Below the pieces are notes generated by a model. That model saw only the letters and a program-made list of their open reading frames with translations. It had not been told where the DNA came from and searched no databases. A stretch of 64,000 nucleotides of DNA, taken from the NCBI GenBank assembly GCA_046597055.1, contig JBKJLC010000056.1:1-64000 (forward strand), given 5' to 3'. Positions within the stretch are counted from its first letter, which is position 1. Each line of letters begins with the position of its first letter. Below, one piece after another: positions 11,434 to 22,831 of this stretch. Source of the DNA: Kofleriaceae bacterium (GTDB taxonomy: Bacteria > Myxococcota_A > Polyangia > Haliangiales > Haliangiaceae). A program made the position numbers and the translations under genes.

Positions 11434-13158
11434 ATGACCTCGGCGCTCGCTGATCTCGCTCGCGGCTTCCGCACGGCCTACCTCGACCACGACACGCTCA
11501 CGGCGCAGCTGCACGCCTGGCGCGAGGCATTCCCGGACCTGTGTCGGCTTCAGTCCATCGGCACCACCCCCGAGGGCCGCGCGCTGTGGCTGCTGACGAT
11601 CGGCACCGACCCGGATCGGGTCCGGCCGACCGCGTGGGTCGACGGCAACATGCACGCCAGCGAGCTGGCTGGCTCCAGCGTGGCGCTGGCGATCGCCGAG
11701 GACATCCTGCGCGCGCACGTCGATCCGGACGCGCTGGGCCTGTCGGCGCCGATGCTGGCCCGCCTGCGCGCCGGCCGGTTCTTCGTGCTGCCGCGCATGA
11801 GCCCCGACGGCGCCGAGGCGGTGCTGACCACCGGCCGCTTCGTGCGCTCGGTGCCGCGCGACGGGCGGGCCCAGCAGGGCGCGGCCCGCTGGCGCTGTCA
11901 CGACGTCGACGGCGACGGCCTCGCGCTGGTGATGCGCGTGCTCGACCCGACCGGCGACTACGCCGCGGCGTCGCCGGCGCACCCCGACCTGCTGTCGGCC
12001 CGCGAGCTCGACGACGCCGGCCCGTTCTACCGGGTGTATCCCGAGGGCACGATCGAGAACTGGGACGGCTTCACGATCCCGGCCCCGTCGTTCGTCGGCG
12101 ACAACCCGATCGATCTCAACCGCAACTTCCCGTGGTCGTGGGCGCCGACCCACGAGCAGCTCGGCGCCGGCACCTTCCCGGCCAGCGAGCCCGAGTCACG
12201 CGCGGTGGTGGAGTTCGCGTGCGCCCATCCCGAGATCTACGCCTGGCTCAACCTGCACACGTTCGGCGGCGTGTTCATCCGACCGCTCGGCCACGGCCCC
12301 GACAGCAAGATGAACCAGGACGATCTCGGCCTGTTCCGCTTGATCGGGGACTGGGCCGAGTCCCTGACCGGCTATCCGATGGTGTCGGGCTACGAGGAGT
12401 TTCTCTACGAGCCCGACAAGCCGCTGCACGGCGACCTGACCGACTTCGCCTACAACCAGCGCGGCGCGATCGCGTACGTGGTCGAGCTGTGGGACCTGTT
12501 CAAGCGGCTCGGCATGACCCGGCCCAAGAAGTTCGTCGAGTACTACGCGCACTTCACGCGCGCCGAGCAGCAGCAGCTCGCGGCCTGGGATCGCGAGCAC
12601 AACCAGGGCCGGATCGTGCGGCCGTGGCGGGCGTTCCAGCATCCGCAGCTCGGCGCCGTCGAGATCGGCGGCATCGATGCGCGGATCGGCGTGTGGAACC
12701 CGCCCTACGACGTCCTGCCCGAGGTGTGCACCCAGCAGAGCCGCTGCTTCCTCCGGGTCGCCGCGCTGGCGCCCGAGATCCGGGTGCGCGACGCGCGCGC
12801 GATCGCGCTCGGCGACGGCCTGCACCGGATCGAGGTCGTGATCGAGAACGGCGGCTACCTGCCGAGCCACGGGCTCGAGTCGGCCAAGGCGCTCGAGTGG
12901 AACGAACCGCTGTATGCCGACCTCACCGCGACCGGGTGCACCCTGGTCGACCCGACCTCGGTGCGCGTGCAGCTCGGCCACCTCGGTGGCTGGGGCCGCG
13001 GCGCCGGCACCGGGGCCAACGAGCTCGCCTACCTGCGCAGCCCGGGCAACCACACCGTCGCCCGCGGCCGCTGGATCGTGCGCGGCGCGGGCCGGGTGAC
13101 GGTGCGCGCGGGCTCGTCGCGGGTCGGGTTCGTCGACGTCGAGCTGTCGGTTCCGTAG
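11434..13158 (+). CDS. M14 family zinc carboxypeptidase
   Basis: HASE (HxxE), DLNRNF, SEPE and LNLH motifs. Confidence 0.9.
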   Translation: MTSALADLARGFRTAYLDHDTLTAQLHAWREAFPDLCRLQSIGTTPEGRALWLLTIGTDPDRVRPTAWVDGNMHASELAGSSVALAIAEDILRAHVDPDALGLSAPMLARLRAGRFFVLPRMSPDGAEAVLTTGRFVRSVPRDGRAQQGAARWRCHDVDGDGLALVMRVLDPTGDYAAASPAHPDLLSARELDDAGPFYRVYPEGTIENWDGFTIPAPSFVGDNPIDLNRNFPWSWAPTHEQLGAGTFPASEPESRAVVEFACAHPEIYAWLNLHTFGGVFIRPLGHGPDSKMNQDDLGLFRLIGDWAESLTGYPMVSGYEEFLYEPDKPLHGDLTDFAYNQRGAIAYVVELWDLFKRLGMTRPKKFVEYYAHFTRAEQQQLAAWDREHNQGRIVRPWRAFQHPQLGAVEIGGIDARIGVWNPPYDVLPEVCTQQSRCFLRVAALAPEIRVRDARAIALGDGLHRIEVVIENGGYLPSHGLESAKALEWNEPLYADLTATGCTLVDPTSVRVQLGHLGGWGRGAGTGANELAYLRSPGNHTVARGRWIVRGAGRVTVRAGSSRVGFVDVELSVP

Positions 13159-13169
13159 GGTCGCTCCGC

Positions 13170-13691
13170 TCAGGGCACCGAGCGCGCGACCGCCGGCGGC
13201 ACCGACCAGCCGCGGCCGCGGTGGCGGTGCTCGAGACGGAACAGGACCCAGCCGACGCTCAGGATCGCGGGCCCGGCCAGCAGTGACCAGATCCCCGCGG
13301 CGCCGAAGACCTCGCCCTGCAAGACGTACGTCCGCGCCCCCCCGTCGGGGCGCAGCGCGAGGCCCGCCCGGAGGGCGTCAGGATCGATCGTGGCCAGCGT
13401 GATCGCGGCCGAGACCAGGACCGCCGCGGTGAGGCCCCAGCCGGCGAGCTGGAGCGTCCAGCGATCGTCGGACCAGAGCGCCCACGCCAGCACCGCGGCG
13501 ATGCCAGCGCTGGCGGCGCCCCACCCGCCGCGCGGGAAGCTGCGACGGACCAGGCGGTCGACCTCGTACACCTCGACCGCGCTGAGCCACGGGCTCGCGG
13601 TGGCGACCACCGCGCAGGCGAGGAACGCGAAGGTGAGCGCGCGCAGCGAGGCGCGGCGCCAGTCGGAGAGGCGGTCGGGCATGGTGGACAT
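13170..13691 (-). CDS. Hypothetical membrane protein (about 4 TM)
   Basis: Four hydrophobic segments; convergent with the M14 peptidase gene. Confidence 0.6.
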   Translation of the reverse strand: MSTMPDRLSDWRRASLRALTFAFLACAVVATASPWLSAVEVYEVDRLVRRSFPRGGWGAASAGIAAVLAWALWSDDRWTLQLAGWGLTAAVLVSAAITLATIDPDALRAGLALRPDGGARTYVLQGEVFGAAGIWSLLAGPAILSVGWVLFRLEHRHRGRGWSVPPAVARSVP

Positions 13692-13869
13692 CTAGCGTTG
13701 GCGAACGTAGCTCGAGCGACCGGCGTGACCGCCGGCGGCCCGCGATGCGATGACGGCCAGATCCGCGACTCGACGCATCGGCGGATCATGCCGTGTCGGC
13801 GGCTACCGACGCAATCGGCATCCGCCGCCGCCATGGAGGCGATCGTGGTCACGGGTGGTACAAGGAGGC

Positions 13870-14673
13870 ATGTCGCTCTACGCGATCGGTGACATCCAGG
13901 GCTGCATGGGCAGCCTCGAGCGACTGCTCGCGATGATCCAGGTCGGGGCCAGCGATCGCCTGTGGCTGGTCGGCGATCTCGTGAACCGGGGCCCCCGCTC
14001 GCTCGACGTGCTGCGCTGGGCGCGCGCCCAGGGGGACGCGGTGACGGTGGTGCTCGGCAACCACGACCTCCACCTGCTGGCGCGGATGGCCGGGGTCACC
14101 GAGGCCAAGAAGAGGGACACGCTCGACGACGTCCTGGCCGCGCCCGACCGGGCCGCGCTGTGCGACTGGCTGCGCACGCGGTCGCTCGCGCACGTCGAGG
14201 ATGGCCACGTGATGACCCACGCCGGGCTGCACCCGCGCTGGACGGTGGCGCGGACCCGGGAGCTCGCCGGCGAGATCGAGACCGCGCTGCGCGGCCCCGA
14301 CTGGCGGACCTGGATCGCCGGGCTGGCGGGCCCGACCCCGGCCTGGCGCGACGACCTGACCGGCGCGGCGCGGGCGCGGGCGATCCTCGGCGTCTTGATC
14401 CGGGTCCGCACCATCACCAGCGACGGCGCGCCAGTCCATTTCGATGGCCCGCCCGAGGAGGCACTGCCGGGCTCGATGCCCTGGTTCGAGGCGCCGGCGC
14501 CGGCCTGGGGCGATCACACCGTGGTGTTCGGACACTGGGCGGCGCTCGGCCTGCGCATGGGCGAGCGCTGGATCGCGACCGACTCCGGATGCGTGTGGGG
14601 GAACCGGCTGTCCGCGGTGCGCCTGCCGGACCGTGCCGTGTTCCAGGTGAAGAGCGTCGAAACGTCGAGCTGA
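13870..14673 (+). CDS. apaH: Symmetrical bis(5'-nucleosyl)-tetraphosphatase
   Basis: GDIQGC, GDLVNRGP, LGNHDLHLL, HAG, FGHWAALG and DSGCVWG motifs; GGAGG RBS. Confidence 0.95.
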   Translation: MSLYAIGDIQGCMGSLERLLAMIQVGASDRLWLVGDLVNRGPRSLDVLRWARAQGDAVTVVLGNHDLHLLARMAGVTEAKKRDTLDDVLAAPDRAALCDWLRTRSLAHVEDGHVMTHAGLHPRWTVARTRELAGEIETALRGPDWRTWIAGLAGPTPAWRDDLTGAARARAILGVLIRVRTITSDGAPVHFDGPPEEALPGSMPWFEAPAPAWGDHTVVFGHWAALGLRMGERWIATDSGCVWGNRLSAVRLPDRAVFQVKSVETSS

Positions 14674-15215
14674 TGATCGAGTATCGTCACGACCTGGAGG
14701 TCGTGATGACGGAGACCGATCGCGCGCGCCTCGAGCGCGCCACCAGACACCCGAGCTACCAGGAAGCGATGCGCCGGCCGCCAGCCGACTACGCGGTGCC
14801 GGTCGCACTGCTCGCCGTGTTCTACCTGGTGGTGCCGTTCCTGTTCCTGGTCCCGGTGCTCGCCGCCGACGACCTGCACCAGGCCGCCCTGGCCGGCGTG
14901 GTGTTCTTCACCGTGCTGCTGCCAGCCGCACCGTTCGCGTGGGGCGTGCTGCGCACCTGGCCGCTGCGCAAGCTGCCCGCGCGCCACGTGTTCGGCATGG
15001 TGCTCGGCCCGGCGCCGGCTGCCGGGCGTGGCCGCTGGGTCACGGTCGAGCCCGCGACCGGCGCGCCGGTCGACCTGCGCCTGCGGCTCAAGGCCTATCT
15101 CGACTCGACCGGGGGCGCGGTCGGCGCCGGCTCCGTCGGCGTGGCCCTGTGCAAGGGCGACCAGCTGGTCGAGTGGGTCGCGATCCCCGACCAGGTGCCC
15201 GAGGCGGTGTCGTGA
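14673..15215 (+). CDS. Hypothetical 2-TM protein, paralog 1
   Basis: TGATG overlap with apaH; two TM helices; ends GVALCKGDQLVEWVAIP. Confidence 0.75.
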   Translation: MIEYRHDLEVVMTETDRARLERATRHPSYQEAMRRPPADYAVPVALLAVFYLVVPFLFLVPVLAADDLHQAALAGVVFFTVLLPAAPFAWGVLRTWPLRKLPARHVFGMVLGPAPAAGRGRWVTVEPATGAPVDLRLRLKAYLDSTGGAVGAGSVGVALCKGDQLVEWVAIPDQVPEAVS

Positions 15216-15748
15216 CCGGCGGCGGCGCGAGCACGTTCGCGACCGAGCTGCTCACGGCCGAGGCCCGCCAGCGGCTGGCCGCGGCGGTCACCACCGCCGC
15301 GCATCGCCAGGCTCGCACCGCCGAGCCGAACACGTGGATCAAGCTGGGCATCGTGATCGTCGTGGTCGTCACGCTGTCGGTGGTGGGCACCCTCGCCTGG
15401 TACCCCTCCTTCGACACGAGCACGTTGCCCGAGTGGTTCAAGCTCATCCAGGCCATCTCGTTCGTGCCGATGATCGGCAGCGTGATCGCCGCCGGCTGGC
15501 TGTTCGGCCAGTCGTTCATGCTGTGGCGCCAGCCGACCCGCCGCATCACCGCGCTGGTGACCGGCTGCGAGCGGAGCCCCGACGGTCAGGCGCTCGAGCT
15601 GCTCGACGCCGACGGCAAGGCGAGCCGCCACCGCTGCCGGGGCAGCGCGGGCTCGATGGTCAAGGTCGGCACCATCAACCGCGGCGAGGTCGGCGTCGCG
15701 CTGTGCAAGGGCGACACCGTCCTCGAGTGGGTCCCGATCCCGGTCTGA
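15212..15748 (+). CDS. Hypothetical 2-TM protein, paralog 2
   Basis: GTGA overlap with the previous gene; two TM helices; ends GVALCKGDTVLEWVPIP. Confidence 0.75.
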   Translation: MTGGGASTFATELLTAEARQRLAAAVTTAAHRQARTAEPNTWIKLGIVIVVVVTLSVVGTLAWYPSFDTSTLPEWFKLIQAISFVPMIGSVIAAGWLFGQSFMLWRQPTRRITALVTGCERSPDGQALELLDADGKASRHRCRGSAGSMVKVGTINRGEVGVALCKGDTVLEWVPIPV

Positions 15749-15840
15749 GTCGGCAGCCGCGGACGCCCCGTTTCCCGCTGTGCCCGAGCGCAGCGCGACG
15801 CCGTGGGGCAGACGCCGAGAGAGTGGCCCCGCGCTCCCCC

Positions 15841-15886
15841 GTTCCCGGTGTCCCTGAGCGAAGCCCGCAGCGCGAAGTCGAAGGGC
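15841..15886 (-). repeat. REP-like palindromic repeat family A, copy 2
   Basis: Reverse complement reads GCCCTTCGACTTCGCGCTGCGGGCTTCGCTCAGGGACACCGGGAAC; lies between convergent genes. Confidence 0.75.
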
Positions 15887-15933
15887 AAACGGGTCCCGTC
15901 ACGTCGTCGCGCGAGCCCCACGGGGCGCGGGCG

Positions 15934-17118
15934 CTACGGGTCGCGGCGCTTGGGCTTGGTGAGCGGCAACGGTTCGACGGTCAGGTCGGGCTTCGAGAAC
16001 TCGATGTCGATCGAGTCGTCCTTCGGCACCGGCGGCGGCGCGGCGGCGGAGGCCCGGGACTGCGGCGGCAATGGCGGTGGCCGCGGCGTGCGGCGGCCGG
16101 GATCGCTGACCGGCGGCGCCTGCCACTTCTGGGTCGGCACGTGGTCGCTGTTGAGGACGGCCGCCGGCTTGGCCACGCCCAGCTGGCGGCGGGCCTCGGC
16201 GACCGCGGCGCCCAGGTCGGGCTGCGAGTCTCCAGCGGGCGGGGCCATCCGCAGCACCTCGCCGAGCATGGAGGCGAACGCGGCCGCCGAGCCGAACCGC
16301 GTCGCCGGCTCGCGCGCCAGCGCGCCGTTGACCACCGCGATCAGCTCGTCGGGCAGATCGGGACGGTAGTCGCGCAGCGGCCGCACCACGCACTGCCGGA
16401 TCATCTTGAAGACCTCGAGGTCGTTGCGGCCGTCGAACAGGCGCTGCCCGGCCAGCGACTCCCACAGCACCGCGCCCATCGCGAACAGATCGGACTGCGT
16501 GGTCGCCTCCCCGCCGAGCGCGACCTCGGGCGACAGGTACGAGAGCTTGCCCTTGACCGTGCCGGGCGCGGTCAGGCTGAACACGCGGTCGCGCGCCCGG
16601 GCCAGGCCGAAGTCGGTCAGTTTCGCGACGCCGTTGTTGCCGACCAGGATGTTGTGGGGCGACACGTCGCGGTGGATGATCGGCGCCGGCGTGCCGTCGG
16701 AGCGCCGGCGCTCGTGGGCCGCGCCCAGGCCGCGCAGGGTGCCGATGGCGGCCGCGACCGCCAGCGGCCACGGCATGTGCCCGCCGCGGTCCTGGTAGAA
16801 CTTCACGAAGCTGCCGAGGTCCATGCCCTCGACCCACTCCATCACGATGTAGTAGCTGCCGTGCTCGTCCGCGCAGAAGTCGTAGACCTGGACGATGTTG
16901 GGATGCGCGAGCTCGGCGCCGACCCGCGCCTCCTCGATGAACATGTCGGTGTAGTTCCGGATCGTACGGAACTCGGGCTTGATCTTCTTGATCGCCACCG
17001 TCCGCGAGAACCCGGCCGCGCCGCGGACCTGGGCCCGGTACACGGAGGCCATCCCGCCCTCGCCGGCGAGCTCTACCAGCTCGTATTTCCCATCGATGAT
17101 CGCGGGCGAGGAGGCCAT
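15934..17118 (-). CDS. Cytoplasmic Ser/Thr protein kinase
   Basis: [22 protein letters not shown] and [10 protein letters not shown] motifs; Pro-rich tail; no TM helix. Confidence 0.93.
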   Translation of the reverse strand: MASSPAIIDGKYELVELAGEGGMASVYRAQVRGAAGFSRTVAIKKIKPEFRTIRNYTDMFIEEARVGAELAHPNIVQVYDFCADEHGSYYIVMEWVEGMDLGSFVKFYQDRGGHMPWPLAVAAAIGTLRGLGAAHERRRSDGTPAPIIHRDVSPHNILVGNNGVAKLTDFGLARARDRVFSLTAPGTVKGKLSYLSPEVALGGEATTQSDLFAMGAVLWESLAGQRLFDGRNDLEVFKMIRQCVVRPLRDYRPDLPDELIAVVNGALAREPATRFGSAAAFASMLGEVLRMAPPAGDSQPDLGAAVAEARRQLGVAKPAAVLNSDHVPTQKWQAPPVSDPGRRTPRPPPLPPQSRASAAAPPPVPKDDSIDIEFSKPDLTVEPLPLTKPKRRDP

Positions 17119-17310
17119 GTCGCCTGAGTATCCCGGTCGCGGGCTCGGCCTGCAATGCCCACTGCGCCCGGGTGACACCGGGCCCAGGCCACGCAGTCCG
17201 GGTCGGAGGCTGTGATTCTCTCGAATCCCACCCTCCCTATCGATCGGTCGGCCGCGGCCCGGAGGCCGCGCCCGATCTGTACGGAACCAGCGCCGCCTCG
17301 CTTCGCTCGC

Positions 17311-19317
<2,007 letters not shown>

Positions 19318-19466
19318 GGACGGCGCGTTGTACGTCCGCCCGGGCCAGAACGCCAGGCCTCAGGCGGGTCGAGACATGAACCGGCGTCGCAGGTCGGCCC
19401 GGGGGTCACGCCGCGGTCAGGCCGCCGCCGCTGCGGGCCGCAGGACCGGGCGGCGCCGGGCCGCGA

Positions 19467-19811
19467 TCAGTCGCGCCGCCGGCGCGAGCGCACCACCATC
19501 GAGCGCGGCAACACACCGTCCTTCTCGAGCTGGTGGATGCGCGCGCCCAGGGGCCGCAGCACCGCGAGCCGCGCCGGGTCGGCGCCGTGGTCGTCGACCA
19601 GGCTCGAGTAGCGCTCGCGCGCGGTGTCGTCGGCGAGCTCGCTGGCGCGGTCGAGCAGGTACGTGAGCTCGGCGCACGCGAAGCGGAACCCGAGCTCGCC
19701 CTCGGGGAGGGCGGTCCCGGCGCTGGCGCGGCCGGCGAACAGCTCGTCAGCCGCAGCACGATCACCGCGGTCAGCCCGATCCAGGAGCGCGGCCAGGCGC
19801 GCGACGTCCAT
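19467..19811 (-). CDS. Hypothetical alpha-helical protein (~114 aa)
   Basis: GC3-biased ORF with GAGG before ATG 19811. Confidence 0.6.
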   Translation of the reverse strand: MDVARLAALLDRADRGDRAAADELFAGRASAGTALPEGELGFRFACAELTYLLDRASELADDTARERYSSLVDDHGADPARLAVLRPLGARIHQLEKDGVLPRSMVVRSRRRRD

Positions 19812-19937
19812 GGCCTCGGATGCTAGCGCGACCGGGCGGCGTTCGCAGCCCGAAGCGGCGGAGGGCCGATCTCGCGGGTCGTCGCCGCCCTGGTCGACCA
19901 CGTCAGCTAGTGCGACGATGAAGGCCCCATGCCGCGT

Positions 19938-20870
19938 TCATTCGTCGGCGAAGTACTCGTCATCGACCTCTTTGATCTCGTAGGTGTCCTTGGTTCGGAC
20001 ACCAACTCCATGGTCAAAAAGAAGGCGGGCGAGATGGGGCCCATCAATGAGGACGATCTTTTTCTCGATGCGAGCGACGTATTCGTGGGCCCCGCTCGAG
20101 AAGGCCGCGGTCGTGATGAAAACGCCCTTCCGAGCACGCACACCCTCAAGGCTCCCGGCGAAGGCCTGTACGTCGGCACGCTGGACGCTGTGCTTGACCG
20201 GATCCCATCGCTTGGCCTGGATGAAGATCGCGTCGAGGCCCAAGCGGTCTTCCTTGATGATGCCATCCAGGCCACCGTCGCCCGTACGTCCCAACGCTTG
20301 GCCCGCGTCGGCGATCGACCCGCCGTAGCCCATCTTGACCAGTAACTCGACGACCAACTTCTCGAAGAAGGCGGGCGAGGCCGCGAGAATCTTCTTGATC
20401 AGTTCGGTCTCGATGCTGCCGCGCAACGACTCGTAACCAGCCTCAATTTGTTCTTCGGGTGTCTCGCCATCGGACAGCGGGGGCGCAGGGGGCTGAGGTC
20501 TGGACGCGACCTGGACGTCTCCACTCGACGGTTTCTTCCACGCCCGAAACTCGGGATACTGCCCGAGGAATGCTACGTCGATGCGGACGGGCGGTTGCGC
20601 CAGGACCTGGCGCCCCCGTTCGGTGATCCGGTAGATGCCACGTCGCACCCACTCGAGCAGACCTGCTTCGCTCATGTAAATGCACGCCCAATTCACCCGG
20701 TTCCCCAGGCGGGACTGCCGACCACTCGGAATCTTCTCCGCCACATCCGCATCGCTGAGCCCCAAGCGCTTCGCGACCTCGGCTCGCAAGTACGCGAGCG
20801 CGAGCTCTTGGCCGCCGCCCGCGGCCTGCAAGACTGGCAGTGTTAGCGACTGAAAATCGGGGCAGGTCAT
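19938..20870 (-). CDS. mrr: Mrr-family (type IV) restriction endonuclease
   Basis: Mrr N-terminal wHTH (PSGRQSRLGNRVNWA...GIYRITERG) and catalytic region GDGGLDGII..D.LGLD.IFIQAKRW...GVFITT. The true start is ATG 20870, not the 21926 ORF start. Confidence 0.93.
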   Translation of the reverse strand: MTCPDFQSLTLPVLQAAGGGQELALAYLRAEVAKRLGLSDADVAEKIPSGRQSRLGNRVNWACIYMSEAGLLEWVRRGIYRITERGRQVLAQPPVRIDVAFLGQYPEFRAWKKPSSGDVQVASRPQPPAPPLSDGETPEEQIEAGYESLRGSIETELIKKILAASPAFFEKLVVELLVKMGYGGSIADAGQALGRTGDGGLDGIIKEDRLGLDAIFIQAKRWDPVKHSVQRADVQAFAGSLEGVRARKGVFITTAAFSSGAHEYVARIEKKIVLIDGPHLARLLFDHGVGVRTKDTYEIKEVDDEYFADE

Positions 20871-20926
20871 GGGGTCTCCAGATGGGTCTTGTGGACTTAG
20901 ATCCAAGCCGCCGCTTCGCGCCACCG

Positions 20927-21751
20927 TCAGTCGAGATCGCGCCGGACACCGAGCGTGACGCCGAGGTCGGTGGCCTCGGTGCCGACGAGCGGGGTGCCGG
21001 CCGCGGCGGCCGCGCGCCACACGCCGGTGAGGCGCCAGTGCACGCCGGCGCGGACCGCCAGGTGATCGAGCGCGTCGCCGTACCAGCCGGTCTGGACGTC
21101 GACGCCCGCGCTCGGCGTGAGCCACTTGATCGCGCGCCACGACAGATCGGCCGAGACCAGGATCGCGCCGCGGGTGTCGCTGCCCTCGGGCGCGCGGGTG
21201 TATCCGCCGAGCAGCGCGACCCGGCCGTGCAAGCGCACGCGCCGGGCCGGGGCCCAGGTCGCCGCCGCGCCGAGCTGGATGGCGCCCGACGACCCGACCA
21301 GCTCGGAGCGCGTGTACGGCAGCTCGACCCGCGCGAACACCGCGCCCGCCAGCGGCCGGCCCAGCGCCTCGCGGCGACCGCCCCACGCGAGCTCGCCGAG
21401 CACCGGTCCGTAGCCGACGTCGGACACCTCCAGCCCGCCACCCTGGACGACCTGCGCATCGAGCATCCGCACGCCGATGGCCCACCCGAGCGCGCCCTCG
21501 CGGAACCGGGCCAGGAACGTGGCGCTGGCCCGGGCGGTGTCGCCCGGCTCGGGCTCCTCGAGCAGGGCGCGACCGCCGAGGTCGATCGTCACGTCGGAGC
21601 GCAGGCAGCCGCCGCGGCTGGCGTCGACGCCGGCCTCGCGCCACGGCACCGCGATCGGATCGTCGATGTGATCCTCGCAGGGATCGGCGGCGGCCAGCCC
21701 GGGCAGGAGCGCCAGGACGATCAAGGCAGGCCGGGCGAGCGTGGCTGGCAC
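20927..21751 (-). CDS. Exported protein, putative outer-membrane beta-barrel
   Basis: Signal peptide followed by alternating amphipathic strands (VRAGVHWRL, LGVTLGVRR). Confidence 0.6.
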   Translation of the reverse strand: MPATLARPALIVLALLPGLAAADPCEDHIDDPIAVPWREAGVDASRGGCLRSDVTIDLGGRALLEEPEPGDTARASATFLARFREGALGWAIGVRMLDAQVVQGGGLEVSDVGYGPVLGELAWGGRREALGRPLAGAVFARVELPYTRSELVGSSGAIQLGAAATWAPARRVRLHGRVALLGGYTRAPEGSDTRGAILVSADLSWRAIKWLTPSAGVDVQTGWYGDALDHLAVRAGVHWRLTGVWRAAAAAGTPLVGTEATDLGVTLGVRRDLD

Positions 21752-21850
21752 CGCGCGATGCTACACGGCGGGGCGCGCGCTGGCACCCGGACCACCGGGT
21801 GAACCGGGCACGGGTTGCGCCGGCGGCGGCGCCCGCCGATGCTCGTGCGC

Positions 21851-22825
21851 ATGCGCGCCTGGCGAGTTCATGCCTACGGTCCCTATCGCGACGTGCTCCA
21901 GCTGGACGAGGTGCCCGCGCCGACACCGCCGAGCGGCGGCGTGGTCGTCCAGCTCGAGGCGGCCAGCCTCAACTTCCCCGACCTGCTCGCGATCGCGGGC
22001 AAGTACCAGATCAAGGCACCGGTGCCGTTCACGCCCGGGATCGAGGCCGCCGGCACCATCGTGCAGGTCGGCGCCGGCAGCCGCCACGCGCTCGGCGATC
22101 GGGTGATCGTCAGCACGCCGTGGGGCGCGTTCGCCGAGCAGCTGGCGGTCGCCGATAGCCAGGTGTTCCGCTGGCCGGAGCCGCTGACCGCGGCCGAGGC
22201 GGCCAGCTTCCTGGTCACCTACCAGACCGGCTGGTTCGCGCTGGTGCACCGGGCCGCGCTGCGCGCCGGCGAGACCCTGCTGGTCCATGGCGGCGCCGGC
22301 GGCGTCGGCATCGCCGCGATCCAGCTCGGCAAGGCGCTGGGCGCGACCGTGATCGCGACCGCCGGCGGCGCCGACAAGCTCGCGGTGTGCACCGCGGCCG
22401 GCGCCGATCACGTGATCGACTACCGGGCGACCGACTTCGTCGCCGCGGTCAAGACGCTGACCGGCGGCCGCGGCGCCGACGTCATCTACGACCCGGTCGG
22501 CGGCGACGTGTTCGATCAGAGCCTCAAGTGCATCGCGTGGGAGGGCCGGATCCTCGTGATCGGCTTCGCCTCGGGCCGCATCCCCGAGCTGAAGACCAAC
22601 CGCGTCCTGCTGAAGAACATCGCCGTGCTCGGCCTGTTCTGGGGCGCGTACCAGCTGCACGATCCGGCCAAGGTGGTCGGCGCGCACGAGGCGCTGTGCG
22701 GCCTGGTCGCCGAGGGCAAGTGCCGACCAGTGGTGTGGAAGCAGCTGCCGCTGGCCGCGCTGCCCGACGCGCTGGCCGCGCTCGAGAGCCGCACCAGCTA
22801 CGGCAAGATCACGCTGGTGCCCTGA
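21851..22825 (+). CDS. NADPH:quinone oxidoreductase (zeta-crystallin/MDR family)
   Basis: SLNFPDLL, PFTPGIEAAG, HGGAGGVG and GADVIYDPVGG motifs. Confidence 0.93.
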   Translation: MRAWRVHAYGPYRDVLQLDEVPAPTPPSGGVVVQLEAASLNFPDLLAIAGKYQIKAPVPFTPGIEAAGTIVQVGAGSRHALGDRVIVSTPWGAFAEQLAVADSQVFRWPEPLTAAEAASFLVTYQTGWFALVHRAALRAGETLLVHGGAGGVGIAAIQLGKALGATVIATAGGADKLAVCTAAGADHVIDYRATDFVAAVKTLTGGRGADVIYDPVGGDVFDQSLKCIAWEGRILVIGFASGRIPELKTNRVLLKNIAVLGLFWGAYQLHDPAKVVGAHEALCGLVAEGKCRPVVWKQLPLAALPDALAALESRTSYGKITLVP

Positions 22826-22831
22826 CCGGGG

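Noticed and set aside
19812..20926. att sites or a mobile element around mrr
   Set aside because: I could not see flanking direct or inverted repeats, an integrase or a tRNA.
20871..21926. Apparent 350-aa N-terminal extension of Mrr (ORF 19938-21926)
   Set aside because: Arg/Ala/Gly-rich off-frame read of the genuine 20927-21751 gene. The Mrr-like sequence starts at ATG 20870.
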